DNA from: the human T2T-CHM13v2.0 reference genome, Homo sapiens
NCBI RefSeq assembly: GCF_009914755.1
Contig: NC_060929.1
Length of the DNA: 64,000 nt
Direction: 5' to 3' (one strand)
This document shows, one piece after another, positions 42,871-57,182 of the stretch. Below the pieces are notes generated by a model. It was not told where the DNA came from, did not search any database, and was given only the letters and a program-made list of their open reading frames with translations. The translations under genes and the position numbers were made by a program. Each line of letters opens with the position of its first letter. Within the stretch, counting starts at the first letter, position 1.

Positions 42871-43931
42871 TAAAATAGTAACACTTAATAAAAACACAAA
42901 TTCAGTTATCCCAAAAAACAGTTTGTTTCAGAGAACATAAATTATCATTTTTGGTCTTAAAACATTTTCAGAACTAAACATAAAAGGAACTACAGTTGAG
43001 TTTTGTCTCTCTACACATATCAATGAGCAGAACAATCATCTACTGAAACTTTCATATGCTGCAAGTTTATTTCTGAAATATGACTCATAAAAAGCAGAGT
43101 TAGGGAAAATTAAACAAAATGTAATGTCTATTCCACTAATTTTGAACTGAACAGATGTTTATATTGTAATGTCTATGATAAAAATACAAAGCAAAAATAT
43201 ACTGGAGGGTCACAGCTAAAGTTACCTGAAAACAAACTAAGGATTTTGAAGATGATAGTGTATTCTCCTTGAAGGTAAGAAATCATAATATATCCACATT
43301 GTATTTAACAGACACTCAGTTCTTCAGATAAGTGAAAAAAAAAGTCCTAGACAGCCTTTTAAGTCTTCTATTTACCAAACCTTCATCAACAAGTGATTCA
43401 TATTATGTGTGCTTTTAATGAATAAAATTACATTTTTAAATGTTCTATCATTTAAAAGTGAAATATAATATTAAATTTCATCACCTTGGAATCAAGTTCC
43501 ATTAAAATGAATTAATTATTCAATCCATATATCAGAATCAAAGCAATAAATGGAAACAAATTAAAGAAATACAACCCAATAAATCAAGGTTTTGTACTCC
43601 ACTATCAGTTTAGACAGAAAAAATTTTAAATCTTAAAGAGAATGTTACCTTATATATGGGGATAAAGTAGGCAACATCAAAATTCTATTGATTTTCAAAT
43701 TCTGGAGTACACTTTTAAAAACTCTATCAGTGAACTGCTTGATTGCTGTTTTAACCAAAAATTCAGTTTATCTTTTATTTATATTAAATGAAACTATATA
43801 TCCTAAATAATTCCCATAATTAGGCTACATTACAACTTTCCCCAAAGCATTTATAATACAATATAACATAATACATAAAATGCAACGTGCAATCCTTGAA
43901 AATTAGATTTGCAAACATTTTAATGAGGCTA

Positions 43932-44660
43932 TATGCTGGATATCTTCAGTAGACTCCTCTAGATTTACTCTCTACCTTTTTCTACTCTGCTCTGGATCAG
44001 GGTGGACTGCATCAACTGGCTCCCTTATCTGTTGGCTTCCTTTGGATTAAGCTAATGGTAGACACAGCCAGGAATTTGAGAGCAAATGGTCAAGGCAGAA
44101 AACAGGGTCATGAATTTATTCCTCAAACCTCCTTCTTCCATTTGGGTCAATGTAGATTGGCTGTAACCCTCTAATAAAGGTCATGTATCCTATCAGCTGA
44201 CCTTTCCACAGGCTCCTGCCTTCGTTTTTCAGGCTTACAGCTGCCTCTCTATATATCCCATCCTAGCACTAATAAAAATAAAATGTAAGCAATGTGTGTT
44301 ATTTTAATTTTTCTAGTAGCTACATTTTAAAATGAAATAGGCTAATGTAATATTAATATATTTTATTTTTAATATACATCCAAAGTATTATCATTTCAGA
44401 TGTGATAAGTATAAAAATCATTAATGAGATATTTCACATTCTTCTGCTTTCATACTAAGTCTCAGAAACACAGTGTATATATTAAACTTAAAACACACCT
44501 CAATTTGGACTAGCTACATTTTATGTGCTCAATTATTTTATCCCCTCCTGATGATTTCCTTCTTCCTCCCCATTCCTTTGTAAATAGTCTTTTTATTAAA
44601 CTTTCCTTAATTATCCTCATGGTTGTCTCAACTATTTTCCCCCAGGATGAAACTAATACA
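43932..44660 (+). mobile_element. LTR33-like ERVL LTR interrupted by MER33
   Basis: ggactgcatcaactggctcccttatctgttggcttcc…ttggctgtaaccctct…; ends ctttgtaaatagtctttttattaaact…actaataca. Confidence 0.65.
44262..44535. mobile_element. MER33-like hAT-Charlie element
   Basis: taatttttctagtagctacatttt…cattaatgagatatttcacattct…cacacctcaatttggactagctacatttt. Confidence 0.75.
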
Positions 44661-46164
44661 CATGGGAAAATCCTTGAAATAATGTTCATGAAAAAGTAGT
44701 ATGCAAAATTGTACAATTACACTATCATCTCAACTACACGAATAATGAACATAAAAGAAAATGAAAAGAAATATCACAAGATCTTAACCTAAACTAATGG
44801 CACCGTTTCTTGGTACATTTTTGCACTCTCCAAATTGCATTAAATTCATAAAAACAATTTAAAATGTCAAAACAAAAATGCAGTATAATACTTTATAAAA
44901 CTGATCAGCTGAATATAACAAACAGGGACTATTTGTTCTCACCTTCTTATAATAGAACCTGCTCATAAAAAGCCTATAAAAGGAAATTGAAATCATTCAA
45001 ATATAGATTTCTGGTATAAACAGAGTGTCAAATAAACTGAAAACAATATCACTGGCAGCAAATCTATACATTCCTCAGAAAGGGGAGTCAAACACTAAGG
45101 AGCTCAGAGTATCCAGCGAGTATATCAGGTTTTCAACATTTACAGGTCCCTTCTTTCACAATATAGGCAAGTAGAAAAAGTCAGGACGTATGGCCCAGTT
45201 CAATGTGTGGACTAAAATTGGTTACCAAATACACACTGGATTCAAACATGGAACATTTCTAGATTTTAACATCTTAGTCCCCATGGTAATGAGTTCCAGA
45301 ATTCTGTGGCAGACAAAACAAAGAACACGGTAAGTAGGTTAAGATGAAGAGAGAACAGTTATATCCCAGGGCTGATTCTACTTCTTTTCCTCAATCTTCT
45401 CTTTCACCCAAAGAAACAAAGTGCATTCAGGGCTTAAGAAGGATGGCATAAATGACAGAATTCTATGTAACCATTTCATTCTTTACCTACTTGGCTTTGC
45501 CATCCTACCTACTCTTAAAACAGACATTCCCTAATATATGTGTGAAATATTTCAACATCTTTTTGTTTCCTAGATCAGCCTCTCCAAACTCCCAGTTTTG
45601 TTCTAATAACAAAAAAAAACCAATCTGAACATCTAATAGGTTAAATAATGAAACATCACCCATTGAATGGAATGCTATGCATTTATAAATATTTTTTAAA
45701 TTATTTCATATACAACAATGTGAAGCTACGTAATACCAGTAAATCTTATACATAAAAATGGTTAACATGGTAAATTTTATGTTATGTATATTTTACCATA
45801 ATAAAAAATGATTATTCCATAATATGGAACCAAGTGAAAACATTATATTGCGATGAACCAATGGGAACAATTAAGTAAACATTGGGAATCAGTGGTTTAT
45901 TGTATAAAATACAGAAAATCTCACAGAAAAAAAAACCTGTTATACTATTCAGATACAACCACTATTAATCACTATATATCCCTATAATGGGATGGTGGTT
46001 AGATACAGAGATCGATCCCTATTAATCTCAGTCTCTATCTAAATTCCCTAATTATCTCTTCACATTAGCCAAATAATGTCCAAACCGTTATCTTCTCATC
46101 AAAATCCAACACATTTCACCAACAGTTCAAATATCCTTTTTTTAAAACCTGTTATCTGTTCATC

Positions 46165-46412
46165 TTAATAAAAACAGCTAAAATGTACTGAGTGCTTACT
46201 ATGTGCCTGGCATTATTTCATTTACTTTATTATCTTGTTTAATCCTCATAAATATCTTGTGAGGTAGGAACCATTATTTTCCTAATTTTACACCTGATAA
46301 AAATAAGGGTTTGAGTGATTATTCAGTTTTTAAAAAATAACTAGAGGATAGTGGAATCATGATTCAGACCCAGGCCCAGCTAACTCTAAAGTTCACAATC
46401 TTAACTATTCTG
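46165..46412 (-). mobile_element. MIR SINE
   Basis: tactgagtgcttactatgtgcctggca…tttaatcctca…gtgaggtagg…gattcagacccagg…tcttaacta. Confidence 0.8.
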
Positions 46413-46680
46413 GTAATAGTTTTCACTTTTGTATAGACACAATAAAATATCTTACCACATACAATTTTTTTTTAATTACAAATTTTTAATTTGTAGGTTT
46501 AATTACAAATTTTTAGATTCATTGAACAATACTGTTAATGGGCTCCCAAATGCTCTGTCTCAGTACCTATATGCCAATAAACAGAATTATTCAATTCCTC
46601 TTACATCAAATAATCTAAAAGTAGTCCTTAGTTACATTATAAGCTTCAAATAGACAGTAAGAATAATAGCTTACAAATAC

Positions 46681-46832
46681 CAAAAACTACAAAATGCACT
46701 CCCAATTTATTTAATATAGGAATCATATGCTTTCCTTTCATTATTGTACTTAAAACCAAAGGATTTCAGCAGTTGCCACTAAAAATCAAAAGTAGATTCA
46801 GGAAAATGAACTTTTTCACATCTGTTGCAAGT
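46681..46832 (-). pseudogene. NT5ELP: 5'-nucleotidase-like pseudo-exon A (152 nt; GD motif region)
   Basis: Acceptor ttattattttttag| at 46834-46833; donor |gtattt at 46680. Translation (R)LATDVKKFIFLNLLLIFSGNC*NPLVLSTIMKGKHMIPILNKLGVHFVVF(G); TGA at 46768-46766; ends in phase 1. Confidence 0.9.
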
Positions 46833-46971
46833 CTAAAAAATAATAATTTAATATGCTGTAAATGTATACCTTTATCAAAAACAAAGAAAATATTTTAAAT
46901 ATTAACATGAATTTTTTTTCTTAAAATTAGAATAAAAACTAAAGTAAGTTTGAGAACACTTTTTAAAAAAA

Positions 46972-47268
46972 TTTTCTTAGAGGCAGGGTCTTGCTCTGTC
47001 ACCCACGCAAGGGTGCAGTGGTGTCATCACAGTTCACTGCTCAAGTGATTCTCTTGGACTCCAGTGATTCTCCCACATCAGCCTTCCAAGTAGCTAGGAC
47101 TACAGGTACATGCTACCACATTCAGCTAATTTTTTTTTTTTTTTTTTTTTTAGAGATAGGGTCTTGTTATGTTGCCCAGGCTGGTCTCAAACTCCTAGAC
47201 TCAAGCAATTCTCCTGCCTCGACCTCCCAAAGTGCTGAAATTACAGGTGTTAGCTACCATGCCCACCC
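46972..47268 (-). mobile_element. AluJ-like SINE
   Basis: agaggcagggtcttgctctgtcacc…ctcccaaagtgctgaaattacaggtg. Confidence 0.88.
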
Positions 47269-48224
47269 TTCAAAAATGTTTTTAATAAGATCACTTCCCA
47301 CATAACTAACATACCTCACTTTTTAGCATATTTGCATTCTCAAAGGATAAGTTAAAAAACAAATTTCTTCAGTCAATCATATTTTGCATTGAAATATGAA
47401 ATGTATTTATACCACAGAAGATATCCTTGAATTATAATTTGAAATCACTTAAAAGAAAACACCTTAAAATATACAGGAAAACTTCAACTATGTTACAAAA
47501 TACAAATCCTTAAATATAAATTATGTCCCCTGAGAACAAGATGAAAGATTTTCCTGACATCTTACTAGATATTTAAAATTAACTTTATTGAATCAAGTTT
47601 GACATAAGATAATCCCTCTCTGCAACCTTATAATCCAATGTTCCAATGCTAAACAGATCTACTCAATTTCACTACTGAATACTTCTTTCATCCCACTGCT
47701 TCCCCCTGCTTTTCATTGAAATCTAAACATCCCCTGAGGACAGCATTAACTATGCTAGCCCTCTCTAGTGGCCACTACCCATTCTCTGATTCCTCACAAT
47801 GGACAGAACAGGGAATGAACGGAGAGGGAGAAAAAAGGCAGGCATTCTCCAGTGCTAATTTCAGACTGGACAAAGACTCTCCTGCTTTGTATGCCTCAGA
47901 GTATCTAAATCTAACACTCTTCATGCCAGGGAATTCTGAAGTATATCTTATAACCGCCTTAGCTTTGGGGATCAACCTATAAATTTTGAAAAATCTACCC
48001 AGGTAATTCTTGTCTGCTGCTTTCTCCCAATGAAAACCACCCTTCACTTCCCCACATTTATGTGGCTTACACCTTTCCCTATACTCCATATTCTGCCACC
48101 AGCTTGGTGACTTTAATACCTTATAGAAGAAGCCTTAGTTGGCTCCTCTACCTTAATGACCAGCTCCAGTTCACTTCAGCAACTCACTTTTGTGATCACA
48201 TTGGCTATCAAAAAGGGAAGATCA

Positions 48225-48514
48225 GGCCAGGCACTATGGCTCATCCCTGTAATCCTAGCACTTTGGGAAGCTGTGGTGAGAGGATTGCTTGAGCCTAGGA
48301 GTTCAAGACCAGCTTGGGGAACATTGCAAAACCCCATCTCCACCAAAAACACAAAAATTATCCGGGCATGGTGGCACATGCCTGTGGTCCCAGCTACTCA
48401 GGAGGCTGAGGTGGAAGGATCGCTTTAGCCCTGGAGGCAGAGGTTTCATTGAGCCAAGATGGCCCATTGCACTGCAGCCTGGGTGACAGAGCCAGACCCT
48501 GTCTCAAAAGAAAA
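48225..48514 (+). mobile_element. AluJ-like SINE
   Basis: ggccaggcactatggctcatccctgtaatcc…gaggattgcttgagcctaggagttc…gaccctgtctcaaaag. Confidence 0.9.
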
Positions 48515-49109
48515 GGTGGGTTGTTGGGGGAGATATTTTAAAGGTCCTACCCGGTTCCTACATATCTTTCCAGTTTTATCTCCTCCTTTAAAATGCACTC
48601 TACTCACTGGAACCTTGGAGAAGCTCTCCAAAATCTCCATTTTATACTTGTTGCTCCTTCAAACCACAATATCCTTTCCCAATCCAATCCAGGACACTCT
48701 TACTTGGTCCCTAAGATTTCATTTAAGGCCTGCTAGCTCTGTGAAGTATCTGCTGATATCCTCATGATATAAGTATGGCATTTAATCTATTTACATGACT
48801 TCTTCCAGTCCCCTAAGACTATTCAGCTTCTGAGGATAAATGCTTTTGTTTCAGTTGACTTTAAATACCCAATGCTTTTAAATTTGTGGAATACCTAGCA
48901 CTCAGTATGTATCCAATAATTATATCTTAATTTTACATTCCTCTGTTATAAAACTTATCCACTCACATGTTTTCAACTATGGTCTGTATTTCCAAAATTG
49001 AAATCTCAGCTCAATCACCAAATAATTAGTAAAGGCCAAGTACTATACTATAAAAGGTATAATGAATGCTACCTAAACTTGAGCTTAAAAAATCTGGTTG
49101 CAGCCAATG

Positions 49110-52100
49110 TAAAACGTCTGGTCTTAGGTAGAATGTGATAGGTTGTGACAGACCACATTCTCACTTCAACAAATAAACAAACAATATTTTTTAAGACATT
49201 ATAGAACTAAGGCCGTAAAAAGAATTAAGTTACATGAAATTCCAGAAAGTAGAAAACCTTTCTGAGGTAAGCAGTCTATCACTGGATATTTTCTTCTTTG
49301 GGGATACTTGTCTTATTACAGATGGAAGGGAACAAAGGAATGAGCTTGGTCCACAAAGAGTGACTTTTCTAGAAAAAAAAAGAAGCCAGCAATGTGTTGG
49401 TGATTATACAAAGCTGGTATAACAATTTGGAAATTTCAAGTGTCCTAATGTGTGGCTAATTAATCACAATATATTTGCTATATTCTGATGCTGTCTGGAG
49501 AGGCAGGAAACTTCTATAAAATAGGATGAAATTTTCTGTAGTCTTGTAGTAGATAGGAGACTACTTTCTACTAAAAGAACAATACCTGCCAAATCTGTAA
49601 ACAGTATGGGAGGCCAAAGAGTAAAGTTCCAAAGAGCAGACTGAATCACCCAATCTTTAGAGGTTAATGAGGTAAAGACCTAGCAAATTATCAGTCAAAA
49701 GTACAGAAGGGTTAAGTCTAATGAATAAGGAAGAACAAAAGACAGAATGAATTTTACTAAACCAGCAATCAAAACTGACTCAGCTGACAGAACAGAATTA
49801 ATCAGCCCCTAATCTTATCCATATGACAAAGGAAAAGGGAATTCATTTCTAGAAGAAAAGCATCATCTAGAACTTATACAGTTCCTTTATGTGTGTCTGG
49901 CATACATTAAAGGTTACTAGGCACATGAAAAGGGACAAGACTGAGAAAAAATACAAATTACCAATAACAATTAAAAATGAGAACATCACTATAAACCTAT
50001 AGATTTTCAAAAGGTAAAAAAGATATTATAAATACCATTCTATCAATAAACATAATTTAGATAAAATAGACAAATTCCTTGAAAAATATAACAGCAAAAA
50101 TGGCACAAAGAGATATAAAAATCTGAAGTTTCCTGTATCTATTAAATAAATTAAAACCATAATTTAAAACTTTTCAACAACAAAAAGTCTAGTCCTAGAT
50201 CTTCCTTGGTGAATTTTCTTAAACATTTTTAAGAGTAAACAATACTATTCTTACAGAAACACTTCCAAAGAAGACAAAAAGAGTAACACTTTCCAACTCA
50301 ATTAATAAGGTCAGCATTATCTCAATACCAAAACCTGAAAGACATTTCAAGAAAAGAAAATTATAGACCAATGTCCCTTATGAACATAGTAATAAAACTC
50401 TTAAACAAATTCTAGCAAATTGAATCCAGTATATATAAAAATAACAAGACATCATAAGCAAGTAGGGTTTATTCCAGGACTTCGAGAATGGTTTAATATT
50501 CAAAAATAAATATAACTTTATCACATTAACATAATAAAAGATAAAATAATGATTTCCTGCACTTATCTTAAAAATGTACAGAAAAAGCACATGAAAAATT
50601 TCAATCCCTATGCATGATTTTAAAAAAAGAATTATCAGCAAACTAAGATTAGGGAGGTTTGGGGGTAGAAAACCCCTTGGCTAGAAACTGACCATATACA
50701 TTGTTTATATCTCCATATAAAATTATATGAAAATGCAAAAGTCTAGTAGACAAGTAAATACTAAAGAACTAGAAAACAAACTCACATGGCTGTACATCAA
50801 GACTTTTTATAAAGCTAAAGTAATTAAGACAGTATAGTATTGTCTAAGATTAATGGAAGAGAGCAGAGTCCGGAGCTAGACAAATACACAGCCACTTGAT
50901 TTATTACAAAGGCACCCCTGCAATTCAGTGTGGAAAATGACAGTCTTTGCAATAACGGTGCTGGTGCTAGTAACTATAAATATATAAATATGGATATAAC
51001 TATAAATATATATGAACGATGCAAAGGAAAGAAGGTGACCCCTACTTCAACCATATACAAAAATTAACTTAAGGTGGATCACAGATCTAATGTAAAAACC
51101 AAAACAATAAATGTTCTAAAAGAAATCATGGAAGAATATCTTCATAACCTTGGAGCAAAGATTCCTTAAGCCAGACCAGAAAAGCACAAACCATAAAAGA
51201 CAATATTGGTAAACCAAAGTTCACTTAAATTAAGTACTTCTGCTGATCGAAATACACCATTAAAAGAGTGAAAAGGTAAACACCAAGTAGAGAATATATC
51301 TGCAAAACACACATTCAACAATAGAATCATATCCAAAAAATTAAGAACTCTTACAAATCAACAAAAAAGATAACCCTATTTTTAAAAGTGGGCTTTTTTT
51401 AAAAAAAAAAAAGGCTTAACCAAAATACAAATCCAACTGGCCAATAAACATGAGAAAAATGCTCAATATCATTACTCAATGGGAAATGCAAATTAAACCC
51501 ATAATGCCATGCCACTGTACAGTCATCAGAATGGTAAAATTAAACAGACAATATCAAATGGCAAGGATGCGGAAAAATTAAAACTCTGATACATTGCTGA
51601 TGGAAATATAAACTAGTAAAACTATTTTGGGAAAATGTTTGGTGACATCTACTAAAGCTATACATGTATCTACGTATGATACAAAAATTCCACTCTTGGG
51701 GATATACCCAACAGAAATGATTGCTTCTGGCCATCAAAAAAATTACTCAAGTATGTTGATAGTAGTAACTCCACAATAGCAAATACTGGAAACAATCCAA
51801 ATGCCCTTCAACAGAACAGATAAATAGATTACAGTATATTCATAAATCAGAATACAATTCAGCAATTAAAAAAAGAACAAATTACTAATACAGGCAACAA
51901 TATGGATGAATCTCAAATATATATTGTTGAGTGAAAGAAGCCAAACATAAAAGAGCACATGGTATATGACCTACAGTGATAGATAAAAGAATAGCAGTAT
52001 ATGACTGGAAGGACATAAGGAAGTCATGTAGTATAATATTTCATATTCTGGAAATATTTCATATTTTGATCTAGGCATTGATTTTATTAGTAAAAAAATT

Positions 52101-52160
52101 ATTGAGCTCTACACTTAAGATCTGTGTCCTTCAGCATATTTAAGTGATGCCTCACTTTTT
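49110..52160 (+). mobile_element. Highly degraded old L1 (L1ME-like) with 5' region, ORF2 remnants and 3' end
   Basis: ORF2 remnants from ~49950 (aaatagacaaattccttgaaaaa…caagtagggtttattccagga…); 3'UTR text aacaatatggatgaatctcaaa…gagtgaaagaagcca…acacttaagatctgtg. Confidence 0.7.
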
Positions 52161-52389
52161 AAAACTGAGAAAACAGAAAATAGTACATATGTACTATGTA
52201 AGACAGTAGAAAATATATGAATACAAAAACTGAGCAGTATAGAAATTCAAGACAGTTGTATCTAAGGTGGAAAGTGAAAGCCAAGGGTATGGCCTGAGTC
52301 TTGAACAAACAGGAACTGGATAATAAAAAATACTTAAAATATAATCAAAATTATATAGTAAAGAAGTACAAGGCATATGTGATGACTGA

Positions 52390-52915
52390 TGAGTGTTTCA
52401 GCTAAAATGGTATGACTCAGTTGCTCCTAAAGTTGGCTCTTTCTATCTGAGGAATATATTTTAAAAAACAAACAAATGACTGAGAAGAGTGGACTGCTGC
52501 AAATCTCTTTTATGTCTAGCTTAATAGGGACAGGTGAAGTCTCATATCTGCTGCTGCATTCAATCTATTGGAATAAGTTGTTTTGGTTAAAACATATGAA
52601 GAAAATCTGGTCTTATACAAATAGTTAAATAGAAAAATATTTCAATAACATTTCCAGATAACTGTGGATATTTTTCTTTGACATGATACCAAAATTCAAC
52701 AAGACAATTTCTCAACAAGTAGTTTCAATGTGCTAATCTCAAACTACATCAATTAAATTTTCAAACTCTGTACACACATGAAAAAATGGTAGTGGATAAG
52801 GTGAATAGCATCTGTTAGGTCTGTTAATAAAAATAGTTTCAACTTTGAGGTTTCTCTCTAAAAGAATCTCACAGAGCACTCTAAGGGTCCTTGGACTATG
52901 CTTTGAGAACTGCCA
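52390..52915. mobile_element. Charlie1-like DNA transposon fragment
   Basis: gcaaatctcttttatgtctagcttaatag…tctcatatctgctgctgcattcaatct…gaagaaaatctgg…ctttgagaactgc. Confidence 0.7.
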
Positions 52916-53224
52916 GTTTATATTTACAATCCAGGTGATAGCTTGAAAGAAAACAAGCACATGCTCTACATGGTACACATTTTGTCTAAATAACCCATAC
53001 TCATCCGTCAACCCTCAGCTTAAACATTCCCCAGAGAAACATTTCCAGATCCCTCTCCATCAAAGAAGTGCCATATTAGGCATTCTCATTGCACTTAGCA
53101 CATGATAATTTTACTTTTACTTATGAGATTTTTTTGTCAGCCTAATGCTAGTCTGTATTTTCCACAAGGGCTGAGATCATTGAGATAATGTCTAATTTTG
53201 TTCATGGTTACATCCCCAGAATCT

Positions 53225-54400
53225 CTCTCTCTCCCTAAGATCTATTCTCAATATAGCAGTCAGAGAGTTCCTTTCAAAATCTAAGTCATTTATATCATTC
53301 CTCTGCTCAAACCTTCCAGTGGCTTCCCAGCTCATGCCAATTAAAAGCCAAAATTGCCAACATGGCCTACACAGCTTTGTATGACCTGATTCCTGTTGCC
53401 TCTCTGATCTCACCTTTTACCAATATCTCCACTACTCACTCTGCTGCAGCCACCATGGCCTCCTGATATTCTTGGAACCCACTAATCACATTCCTACCAT
53501 AGAACCTTTACTCTTGCAATTTTCTCAGCCTGAAACACTTTCCTATAGACAGCCAAATGTCTCATACTACCTCATTTCGCTCAGATCTCTCCTCAAATAA
53601 CACGCTATCAGTGAGGACTTATCTAAACAAGCTTTTTACAAATAGCAACTATCCCTGCCCTCAACTCTCCACACTTCCTATTCTTACCCTGCACTATTTT
53701 CCTCCATAGCATTTATTACCATCTGACATATTACAGTAGTCTCCTCTTATCTGTGGGGAATATGTGGATGCCCCAGTGGATGCCTAAAACAGTAGATAGT
53801 ACCAAACCCTATATATACCATGTCTTTTCCTATACATACATATGTTTGATAAAGTTTAATTTCTAAATGTAAGCAAGCACTAATAATAAAATAGAACAAT
53901 TATAACAGTATGCTAGCATCACTACTTTTGTGCTTTGGAGCAATTATTAAGTAAAATGAGGGTTGCTTGAATACAGGCACTGCACTACCACAACAGTTGA
54001 TCTGGTAACCAAGATGACTACTAAGTGACTAACAGGTAGGTAGCATATAAGGTGCAGATACACTGAACAAAAGGATGATTCACATCCCAGGCAGAGCAAA
54101 GCAGGATAGCACAAGAGTTCATCAGGCTACTTAGAATGACCCTCAATTTAAAACTTACAAATTGTTTATTTCTGGAATTTCCCATTTAATATTTTTAGAC
54201 CACGGTTGACCATGGGTAACTGAAACTACGGAAAGCAAAACTACAGATGGTGGGGGGTGCTTTATGCATTTTCTTATTTATGGTCTGCTTCCTCAACTAA
54301 AACACACACTCTATGAAAGGAGGGATTTTTTTTTCTTTTCCATTCCCTGCTATATCCCCACTGCCTAGAAGAGTGCCTAGTACTGTAAGTTCAATAATTT
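53225..54400 (+). mobile_element. L2a fragment interrupted by MER44B
   Basis: tctattctcaatatagcagtcagagag…cattcctctgctcaaaccttccagtggcttccc…tatccccactgcctagaagagtgcctag. Confidence 0.8.
53734..54262. mobile_element. MER44B-like / Tigger7-derived DNA transposon
   Basis: ta|cagtagtctcctcttatctgtggggaat…gcatcactacttttgtgctttgg…ggtaactgaaactacggaaagc. Confidence 0.85.
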
Positions 54401-56716
54401 ACACATATTTATTGAATTCTTACCAAGTACTCTACACCTAGTAAATGGTATGCTCTCAATGAATATTAGTTGAACCAAATGAATACTGGATGAATCTGTT
54501 TCAATACACAGATAAGTAAGCCCAGTATAGAAAGCTGCCAGAAGTCTATGCACCTAGATTTCTCCAGAGAAAGAACTCACACTGGGTCACCCCAATCCTC
54601 TGGGACCCAAGCTGCTACAGCACAGCACTATTTTGAGAACAAAGCCACTGCTGCAGTGTATACTGCCCTGGGGTCGAACAGCCCCTGCAACTCCACATCC
54701 CTGGGGCCCCACCAGCATCCCACCATAGCCACACAAAAAGCTGCAGCACCACGACTCCAGCTAGACCCAGCAGTATAGCAATCACATGGCACCCAAGCTT
54801 ACCCAGCACCCTAAACACACAAGGAACAGGTGATCCAGCACAGCAGGAAAGCCACCCCCAAGACTTGGGGAGCCAATGCAGGTGCTCCCCAGAACCTGGC
54901 AGTTGGCTGCCAGCTGCCATCATTGATCCTGCTCCCTAAACTAGCAGAGCTGCCCATGCATTGTATGCATGCCCCAGCGACAAAAAACTAGCCCACCCAA
55001 CATTTAAAGCTGCCAGTGATCCTTCCCAGGTGACTGGCAGAGCATGACCCCCAGCGACCAAGAACCAGCCCACTTTATATTCACCACCACTGGCAACTCC
55101 AGTTCCATAACCAGAGGAGCCATAAAGGCCAGCACACACCCCCTTCAGGGCCTGAGAACCAGCCCACCTGGCAGCTGCCAGTTTCAGTAAAGGCATGCTG
55201 CTGCCTCCACAAACACCCACAGTCTAAGCCACTGAGACATTCACAGACACCACTGACATAAATTACAGCTGAAGAAATCCCATGGAGACTACACGTTGGC
55301 ACCCACCCAGAATCAAAGCCAAAACACCCTACCCAACCAACACTATAGGACACATCTACAGGAAAAAGTCTTTCCCTACAAAAGCTACTCCCATAAAATT
55401 AGAGGAGGTGATTGCAGATGCATAGCTATCAACATAGAAACACAAAACACACGAAAAAGCAAGGAAACAGGACCACCCCAAAGGAACAAAATAATTATCC
55501 AGTAACTGATTTCAAGGAAAAGGAAATCAAAATAACGATCTTATGGAAATTCACTACGATATAACTGAAAAGGAATTCAAAGTAATAATCTTATGGAAAT
55601 TCACTGAGATACAAGACAACTCAGTGAAACCCAGAAAACAATTCATGATTTTAATGAGATATTTAACAAAGAGATAGGGAAAAAAAGGCACAAGAAAGGA
55701 TATCTGAACTTGAAGATAGGTCTTCTGGTATAATCCAGCCAGGCAAAAACGAAGAGAGAAAGAATTTTAAAAGCATGAAGAAGGCCTAGGGCTTATGGGA
55801 CACCATTAAGTAGACAAATATCCACATTATGGAAGTTCCAGCGGGAGAAGAGACAAGGAAAGGCAGATAAAGCTAATTTAATGAAGTAATAGCTGAAAAC
55901 ATCCCAAGTCTGGGGAGAGATATGGATATCCAGATCCAGGAGCTCAAAAGACCTCAAATAGATTCAACCCACCCATATTTATTGAACTTTTACTAGGTAC
56001 TCTATACCTAGTAAATGACATGCTTTCAATGAATATATGTTGAACCAAATGAATACTGGAAGAATGTTTCAATACACAGATAAGTGAGCCTGGTATAGGA
56101 AGCTGCCAGAAGTCTATGCATCTAGAATCAAAGCACATTAGAGTCAAATTGTCAAAACTCCAAGACAAAGAGAGAATTCTAAAAACAGCAAGAGAAAGCA
56201 GTTAAGTCACATATAAGGGAATCTCCTTTGGAGTAACAGTGGATTTCTCCACAAAAACCTTACTGGTCAGGAGAAAATGCAAAGATATAGTCAAAGTATG
56301 AAAGAAAAAATGTCATCCAAGCATCTAAGGATACTATATCAAGCAAAACTATCCTTCAGGAATTAAGGAGAAGTAAAGTCTTCAGACATGCAATAACAGA
56401 GAATTCATTACCACTAGACTGGCCTTATAGGAAATGCTGAAGGGAGTCATACATAGGAAGAGAAAGAACAATAACTACCATCATGACAACACATGAAAGA
56501 GTAAAGCTCACTGGTGGAGCAGATATACAAATGGAAAAGAGTTAGGAATCAAACCTTATCACTAAAGAAAACCACTAACCCACAACGATAAACAATAAGA
56601 GATGAAGAAAAGAACAAAGGATGTACAAAATAAACAGAAAACAATTAACAAAATGATAAGACGAAGTCTCCATTTATCAATAACTTTAATGTAAATAGAT
56701 TATATTCCCCCAATTA

Positions 56717-57182
<466 letters not shown>

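Noticed and set aside
43226-43267. Candidate minus-strand exon resembling 'NPLVLFSG' with CAG|gtaac donor
   Set aside because: It needs two frameshifts in 20 nt, and the true exon for this motif is clearly at 46681-46832.
45146-45329. Plus-strand exon-like segment (tttacag| … ACG|gtaagt)
   Set aside because: Stops in all three frames and no partner exon; splice-like motifs alone are expected by chance. Only RNA data could rescue it as a lncRNA exon.
46833-54560. First coding exon of the pseudogene (HFNDVY…GGAAR expected)
   Set aside because: No recognisable match on the minus strand by eye; it is beyond the window, deleted or too decayed.
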